From positions 690,001-722,000 of the forward strand of contig OY969931.1 of assembly GCA_963704705.1 (NCBI GenBank): a stretch of 32,000 nt of DNA, given 5' to 3'. Positions 27,459-32,000 of this stretch are shown in pieces; positions within the stretch are counted from its first letter, which is position 1; every line of letters starts with the position of its first letter. The notes beneath the pieces are model-generated. The model was not told the DNA's origin. It did no database searches and saw only the letters and a program-made list of their open reading frames with translations. Source of the stretch: an uncultured bacterium (GTDB lineage: Bacteria; Patescibacteriota; Gracilibacteria; UBA1369; PNNO01). Made by a program: the position numbers and the translations under genes.

Positions 27459-28011
27459 TTAAAAAATTGGTCATTATTTGATCTCCATATTCTGTCATAA
27501 AGCTTTCAGGATGAAATTGCACACCAAATACAGGATAATCTTTATGTTTAACTGCCATTGGAATTTCGTCTTTGGTCCAGGCAATCACATCAAGTTTAGG
27601 CGAAATATTGTCTATAATAAGCGAATGATAGCGTGCCACATTAATGTTTTGAGGAACATCTTTAAAAATTGATTTACCATTATGAATTAGCTCAGAAGTT
27701 TTGCCATGGAAGGGCAGGGGAGAGTGCACTGTTTCCCCTCCTAGCACTTCATTAATGCATTGCATTCCCAAACAAACTCCTAAAATTGGCTTAGATTTAA
27801 GGAATTTACGTATTAAAATATTTGAAACACCAGCATATTTTGGAGTTTTAGGTCCAGGAGAAATTATCAATCTGTCAAATTTTCCCCGGGGAATTTTTGA
27901 CAAATTCAGATTGTTGCGTATAGTAATAATTTCACATTTAACTAATGATTTAATTTGCTGAACCAAGTTGTATGTAAATGAATCAAAATTATCAATTAAT
28001 AAAATTTTCAC
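27451..28011 (-). CDS. pabA: Aminodeoxychorismate/anthranilate synthase component II (class I glutamine amidotransferase)
   Basis: LLIDNFDSFTYNLVQQI; ISPGPKTP; KPILGVCLGMQCINEVLGG; VFGVQFHPESFMTEYG (Cys-His-Glu triad). Confidence 0.88.
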   Translation of the reverse strand: MKILLIDNFDSFTYNLVQQIKSLVKCEIITIRNNLNLSKIPRGKFDRLIISPGPKTPKYAGVSNILIRKFLKSKPILGVCLGMQCINEVLGGETVHSPLPFHGKTSELIHNGKSIFKDVPQNINVARYHSLIIDNISPKLDVIAWTKDEIPMAVKHKDYPVFGVQFHPESFMTEYGDQIMTNFLNA

Positions 28012-28332
28012 AAAATTTAATTAAAAGTTAAGCCACAAGAATATAACAAAGAAATATAAAAAAGTAGAGTAAAAACATGTTTAAAAATATTTATTAGACG
28101 AACAAATAGTCGACTTTTTTATAAAAACGCCTTAAATCGCAAGTTTTAAGTATTGCGCTTATGTAAGCCAATAACTCAACATGAGCGACAGGTGAATACT
28201 AGATTTTAACATAATTTGTTATAAAATCACGCTCAGAAAACACATATTTTTTATAAACACATAATACTTTGCACAAGATATATTGTGCAAAATTAGATAG
28301 AGGATTAGAAACAGTCACCTGTTCTGAAAATT

Positions 28333-29901
28333 TTAAATATTTTTTACCATATAATTTTCTACCAATTCAAATCCTAGCTTTTTATAATATTCACGAACAC
28401 CAATTCCACTAATTACAGCTAATTTGCTTAAATTGTGAGATTTGGTTATCTCCCCTGCCCTCTCAATCAATTTTTTTCCATACCCTTTATGCTGCACGCC
28501 TGCAATTCTCTTCTTATCAATGGGTATCTGGATTCCATAAGTGTGAAGTTCTCTAATTATAGAAGCGTTTTTTAAATCATCGATAAATGTTCTCGAAGGT
28601 ATTCTTAAGCGTAAAAAGGCGATTAATTTATCTTTTACAGTATCTTCAAAGCTTAAAAAGTACTCGGTTCCGCCTGAAGATTCATATTTGCGTTCAATTA
28701 ATTCTACTTTTTCAGGAATTATATTTTTGATTTCACGGCATCTAATACATTTGCATTCCACACCTTGTTTAGCCATTTTCTCTTGGATAATCTGGCGCAT
28801 ATTTGAGATTTTTGATCCCCCCAAAATACTTTCCGCCGGAATATCGCGATAAAGACGTGCAACTCGCACATATTCCGGAATAATTTTTTTCATTTCAATT
28901 AACAAATCAATTATTTCATCATCAGCGTATGGCTTATGTTTACCGGCTTTAAATATTTTTTCAAGTTCTGAATAAGGCGTTACTACACATGGGTATATTT
29001 TAAGCCAATCAGGTCTGAAATCAGGATCTTCAAATAATAATTTGAACATTTCAAGATCTTTTTTAATTGAACTTCCATATAAATTCGGCATTATATGGGC
29101 ATTTATTTTGAAACCTGCATCTTTTAGGAGTTTCATTGCAACACGTACCTGGTTTACGGTATGTCCCCTTTTATTTAAGTCCAAAATTTTATCATCAAGC
29201 GTTTGGATGCCTATTTCTACTTTAGTAGCGCCAAGTTTACGCATTCTTTTAATTTCATCTTCAGTTATCCAGTCAGGTCTTGTTTCTAGAGAAAGCCCAA
29301 CACAACGATGTTTTGCTGTTTCATTTTTCTTGATAGCAATTTCTAATGAAGTTGATTTTTTATCTTCATTAAGAGCATTGTAGACTTGTTTTATGAACTG
29401 TGTTTGATAGTTTTTAGGATAATATGAAAAAGTTCCACCAGCTACAATAATTTCAATTTTATCTGTTTGATGGCCGGTTCTTTCCAACCCTTTCAGTCTG
29501 TTCTTTACCTGATTATAACCATCAAAATCATTCAAAATAGCCCTCATCATTGCTGGCTCATTAGACAAGTAGCTCTTGGGCATTTCAGGTTCAGAAGGGC
29601 AAAAAATACATTTACCAGGACATTTATAATGCTTAGTTAAAACAGTTATATTGGCTATCCCGGATTCAGTACGAACTTTACGTTTTATAATTAAATTAAA
29701 AAATTTAGCATTATCTTGAATTTTCCCTTTAGTTATAAGATCTCTATAAGTTTTAATTAAGCTCACATTCGTTGGAGAACTGGTTCCATGAATTAAACTA
29801 TAGCTATTTTTTAATGCCTGTAGACTTTTTTGATCGATAATTTTGCGATTAATTGCATCAATTATCATATCTTCCAAAATTTGTTCCTGCTTGCTATTCA
29901 T
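28333..29901 (-). CDS. elp3: Elp3-family tRNA uridine(34) 5-carboxymethylaminomethyl/carboxymethyl-modifying enzyme (radical SAM + GNAT)
   Basis: VLTKHYKCPGKCIFCPSEPEMPKSYLSNEPAMMRAILNDFDGYNQVKNRLKGLERTGHQTDKIEIIVAGGTFSYYP; IGIQTLDDKILDLNKRGH; C-term IIRELHTYGIQIPIDKKRIAGVQHKGYGKKLIERAEGITKSHNLSKLAVISGIGVREYYKKLGFELVENYMVK. Confidence 0.94.
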   Translation of the reverse strand: MNSKQEQILEDMIIDAINRKIIDQKSLQALKNSYSLIHGTSSPTNVSLIKTYRDLITKGKIQDNAKFFNLIIKRKVRTESGIANITVLTKHYKCPGKCIFCPSEPEMPKSYLSNEPAMMRAILNDFDGYNQVKNRLKGLERTGHQTDKIEIIVAGGTFSYYPKNYQTQFIKQVYNALNEDKKSTSLEIAIKKNETAKHRCVGLSLETRPDWITEDEIKRMRKLGATKVEIGIQTLDDKILDLNKRGHTVNQVRVAMKLLKDAGFKINAHIMPNLYGSSIKKDLEMFKLLFEDPDFRPDWLKIYPCVVTPYSELEKIFKAGKHKPYADDEIIDLLIEMKKIIPEYVRVARLYRDIPAESILGGSKISNMRQIIQEKMAKQGVECKCIRCREIKNIIPEKVELIERKYESSGGTEYFLSFEDTVKDKLIAFLRLRIPSRTFIDDLKNASIIRELHTYGIQIPIDKKRIAGVQHKGYGKKLIERAGEITKSHNLSKLAVISGIGVREYYKKLGFELVENYMVKNI

Positions 29902-29944
29902 TTACCTTTTTAGTAAGGTTGTTAGAGGTTTAATATTCTATATT

Positions 29945-30643
29945 ATGAAAGCCAAAACTGCAAAAGAATTACTTAAAAAAGTTAAGGAGGATTATAGTAA
30001 AATAGCACCTGAATTTGATGAAACAAGAAAATTTTTATGGCCGGAATTTGAATTCTTTAAAAAACATTTAAAAAATAATCTGACAATTTTAGATTTTGGA
30101 TGTGGAAACGGAAGACTCTATGAATTATTTGAAAATATTAATTATATTGGAATTGATAATAATAAAGAGTTTATCAGCCTTGCACAAAAAAATTATCCAA
30201 GTGCAAAATTTGTACTCGGAGATTTGATTGAAATGCTTTCGCCTTATCAAGCGGATTTAATCTTTAGTATTGCAGCGTTTCATCATGTACCTTCCTTGGC
30301 ATTGCGCAAAAAAAGTATTCATACTTTAAGGCAAAATTTAATGAAAAATGGCCTCCTTATAATAACTGTTTGGAACCTTTTTCAAAAGAAATATTTTAAA
30401 TATATTCTTAAATCAATATTTAATTTTTTTATTAAATTTGGTAAATATGATTGGAACGATACGTTTATTCCATGGGGAAAATCAGGAATAAAAAGATATT
30501 ATCATGCTTTTACACCTAGTGAATTAAAAAGATTATTTCAAAAAAACGGTTTTGAAATACTGGAAATGTTCTATACTCGTAAAGGCGAAAAAGTCCCTTT
30601 TTTAAAATCTCATAATATTTGTTTAATATGCAGGAAGAAATAA
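29945..30643 (+). CDS. Trm9/ALKBH8-like SAM-dependent tRNA carboxymethyluridine methyltransferase candidate (track ORF starts at 29843)
   Basis: DYSKIAPEFDETRKFLWPEFEFF; ILDFGCGNGRLYELFENINYIGIDNNKEFISLA; ADLIFSIAAFHHVPSLALRKKSIHTLRQNLMKNGLLIITVWNLFQ; DTFIPWG; KRYYHAFTPSELKRLFQKNGFEILEMFY, collinear with the known Trm9 pattern. Confidence 0.8.
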   Translation: MKAKTAKELLKKVKEDYSKIAPEFDETRKFLWPEFEFFKKHLKNNLTILDFGCGNGRLYELFENINYIGIDNNKEFISLAQKNYPSAKFVLGDLIEMLSPYQADLIFSIAAFHHVPSLALRKKSIHTLRQNLMKNGLLIITVWNLFQKKYFKYILKSIFNFFIKFGKYDWNDTFIPWGKSGIKRYYHAFTPSELKRLFQKNGFEILEMFYTRKGEKVPFLKSHNICLICRKK

Positions 30644-31419
30644 AAGTAATGGATGTCCGGTTTAATAATGTATCTATGGACGAAGCATTAGACTTTATTT
30701 TCCATGCAAATAAAAAAGGTTACATTTGTACGCCCAACCCTGAAATGCTTTTAGAAACACAAAAAAATCATAAGTTTTTAAAAGTACTAAATCATTCACT
30801 TTTAAATATTCCGGATGGAATAGGTATTTTATGGGCAGCTACACAAATAATTAATAACGCATCAAAACTGATTGCATTATTAAATTTACCACTTATTGTC
30901 TTATATCCGGGTAAATTTAAAAAAGTATTAAAACAAAGAGTAACTGGAACAGATCTTTTACAAAAAATCTGTCAAAAGGCTGCAAAAAATAATACAAAAT
31001 TGTTTTTTTTAGGAGCTGCAACAGGAGTTAGTGAAAATGCAGCTCAAAAGCTTGAACATTTTTATCCGGGATTAAATATTGTAGGAACGCATGCTGGTTC
31101 ACCTTCACAATATGAACAAAAAGAAATCATTGATTTAATTAACTCTACGGATGCTGAAATACTTTTTGTTGCATATGGAGCACCAAATCAGGAAATGTGG
31201 ATTGCCGATTCAATTAATAAACTTAAAAATATAAAAATAGCTATTGGAATAGGAGGAGCTTTTGATTTTATTTCGGGTCGAAGAAAAAGAGCACCTAAAA
31301 TCATGCAAAAATTGGGACTTGAATGGTTATTCAGGTTAATTCAGGAGCCCACTCGTATAAAAAGAATCTATAATGCTACAATTAAGTTTCCTATAGAAAT
31401 TATTAAACGACTAAAGTGA
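30619..31419 (+). CDS. WecG/TagA/CpsF family glycosyltransferase (GT26)
   Basis: YICTPNPEMLLETQKNHKFLKVLNHSLLNIPDGIGILWA; RVTGTDLLQKICQKAAKNNTKLFFLGAATGVSENAAQKL; LFVAYGAPNQEMWI; IAIGIGGAFDFISGRRKRAPKIMQKLGLEWLFRLIQEPTR. Confidence 0.93.
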   Translation: MFNMQEEIKVMDVRFNNVSMDEALDFIFHANKKGYICTPNPEMLLETQKNHKFLKVLNHSLLNIPDGIGILWAATQIINNASKLIALLNLPLIVLYPGKFKKVLKQRVTGTDLLQKICQKAAKNNTKLFFLGAATGVSENAAQKLEHFYPGLNIVGTHAGSPSQYEQKEIIDLINSTDAEILFVAYGAPNQEMWIADSINKLKNIKIAIGIGGAFDFISGRRKRAPKIMQKLGLEWLFRLIQEPTRIKRIYNATIKFPIEIIKRLK

Positions 31420-31707
31420 TTATTTTTTCTTTGGCCTGCCTCTTTTCTTTTTAAATTCCTGCTCTCCCCTTTCCTTCAGATTTTCAATAATAGGTTTTAT
31501 ATGTTCCAAAATCGAATTCGCCATATGTAGTGGCTTGTAAATGAATTCATTTACTTTTTCAAGAGTATCTCGTGCCAAATAAGAAGCTTTACTGACATCT
31601 CTAAGGATCGTAATCAAATAAACAGTAGCGATTGCCAAAAGAATGCCGAGCAACAGGATTACCGCAGCAAGAACGATATAAAGCAAATTGAGTGGATTAT
31701 CAAACAT
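31420..31707 (-). CDS. Small single-TM membrane protein with basic KKKRGRPKKK tail
   Basis: N-terminal hydrophobic helix LLYIVLAAVILLLGILLAIATVYLITIL, amphipathic middle, C-terminal KKKRGRPKKK. Confidence 0.65.
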   Translation of the reverse strand: MFDNPLNLLYIVLAAVILLLGILLAIATVYLITILRDVSKASYLARDTLEKVNEFIYKPLHMANSILEHIKPIIENLKERGEQEFKKKRGRPKKK

Positions 31708-31831
31708 AATAATTAAGGTAAATTACTTAATCATTGTAATTATATTAGTTAATTAAATCAATTGAAACTCTTTACCTTAATTGAATAATTGGCTCAAAAA
31801 TGCTATAATTAAACATAAAATAACAAAAACC

Positions 31832-32000
31832 ATGAGTGAAATATCAACATCTAATTATGATGAAGAAAATAATATGATAGTTAAATTTGAAGAATTTATT
31901 GGCGCAATAAAACCAAATATTGTTGGATTAAAAGTTCAACAAGCATTGCCAAGAATTATAGTAGGTATACGAAGTTACTTTTTATCTTTAGGTGAATCAA
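31832..32000 (+). CDS. Partial hypothetical protein (runs off right edge)
   Basis: ATG at 31832 opens MSEISTSNYDEENNMIVKFEEFIGAIKPNIVGLKVQQALPRIIVGIRSYFLSLGES... to window end with no stop. Confidence 0.5.
   Translation, partial: MSEISTSNYDEENNMIVKFEEFIGAIKPNIVGLKVQQALPRIIVGIRSYFLSLGES

Noticed and set aside
29042-29383. 113-aa plus-strand ORF inside elp3
   Set aside because: Antisense shadow of the strongly supported Elp3 coding frame.
29843-29944. N-terminal extension of the Trm9-like ORF (MRLIASIIISSKICSCLLFIYLFSKVVRGLIFYI)
   Set aside because: Overlaps the elp3 5' coding region antisense and lacks homology-like pattern; start at 29945 (MKAKTAKELL) fits better.

Overview
The window is a compact, AT-rich bacterial chromosome segment read with the standard code. 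Its style resembles CPR/Patescibacteria: short EF-Ts, TrbC/VirB2-like membrane protein, SLH surface protein with Cys-rich repeats, very tight gene packing (lineage is inference). Most genes are housekeeping: rpsB, tsf, ribAB, der, uvrC, obgE, pth, rplU, rluD-like, tyrS, recG, pabA/pabB. There is one tRNA-Leu(CAA). I see no CRISPR, transposon or phage modules. The strongest item is a divergent pair of Elp3 (radical SAM + GNAT, makes cm5U34 in tRNA) and a methyltransferase strongly resembling eukaryotic Trm9/ALKBH8 (cm5U34 to mcm5U34), with 5' ends about 43 bp apart, i.e. a candidate bacterial mcm5U34 pathway. Secondary items are: an RsbW-like kinase / STAS / PrsW-protease cassette; a probable small structured RNA or attenuated leader upstream of tyrS ending in a strong terminator; a class I aminotransferase-like gene split by an apparent +1 frameshift; an uncharacterised coiled-coil protein with a beta-rich, barrel-like C-terminus; and a hairpin abutting the rpsB start with an anti-SD-like sequence.
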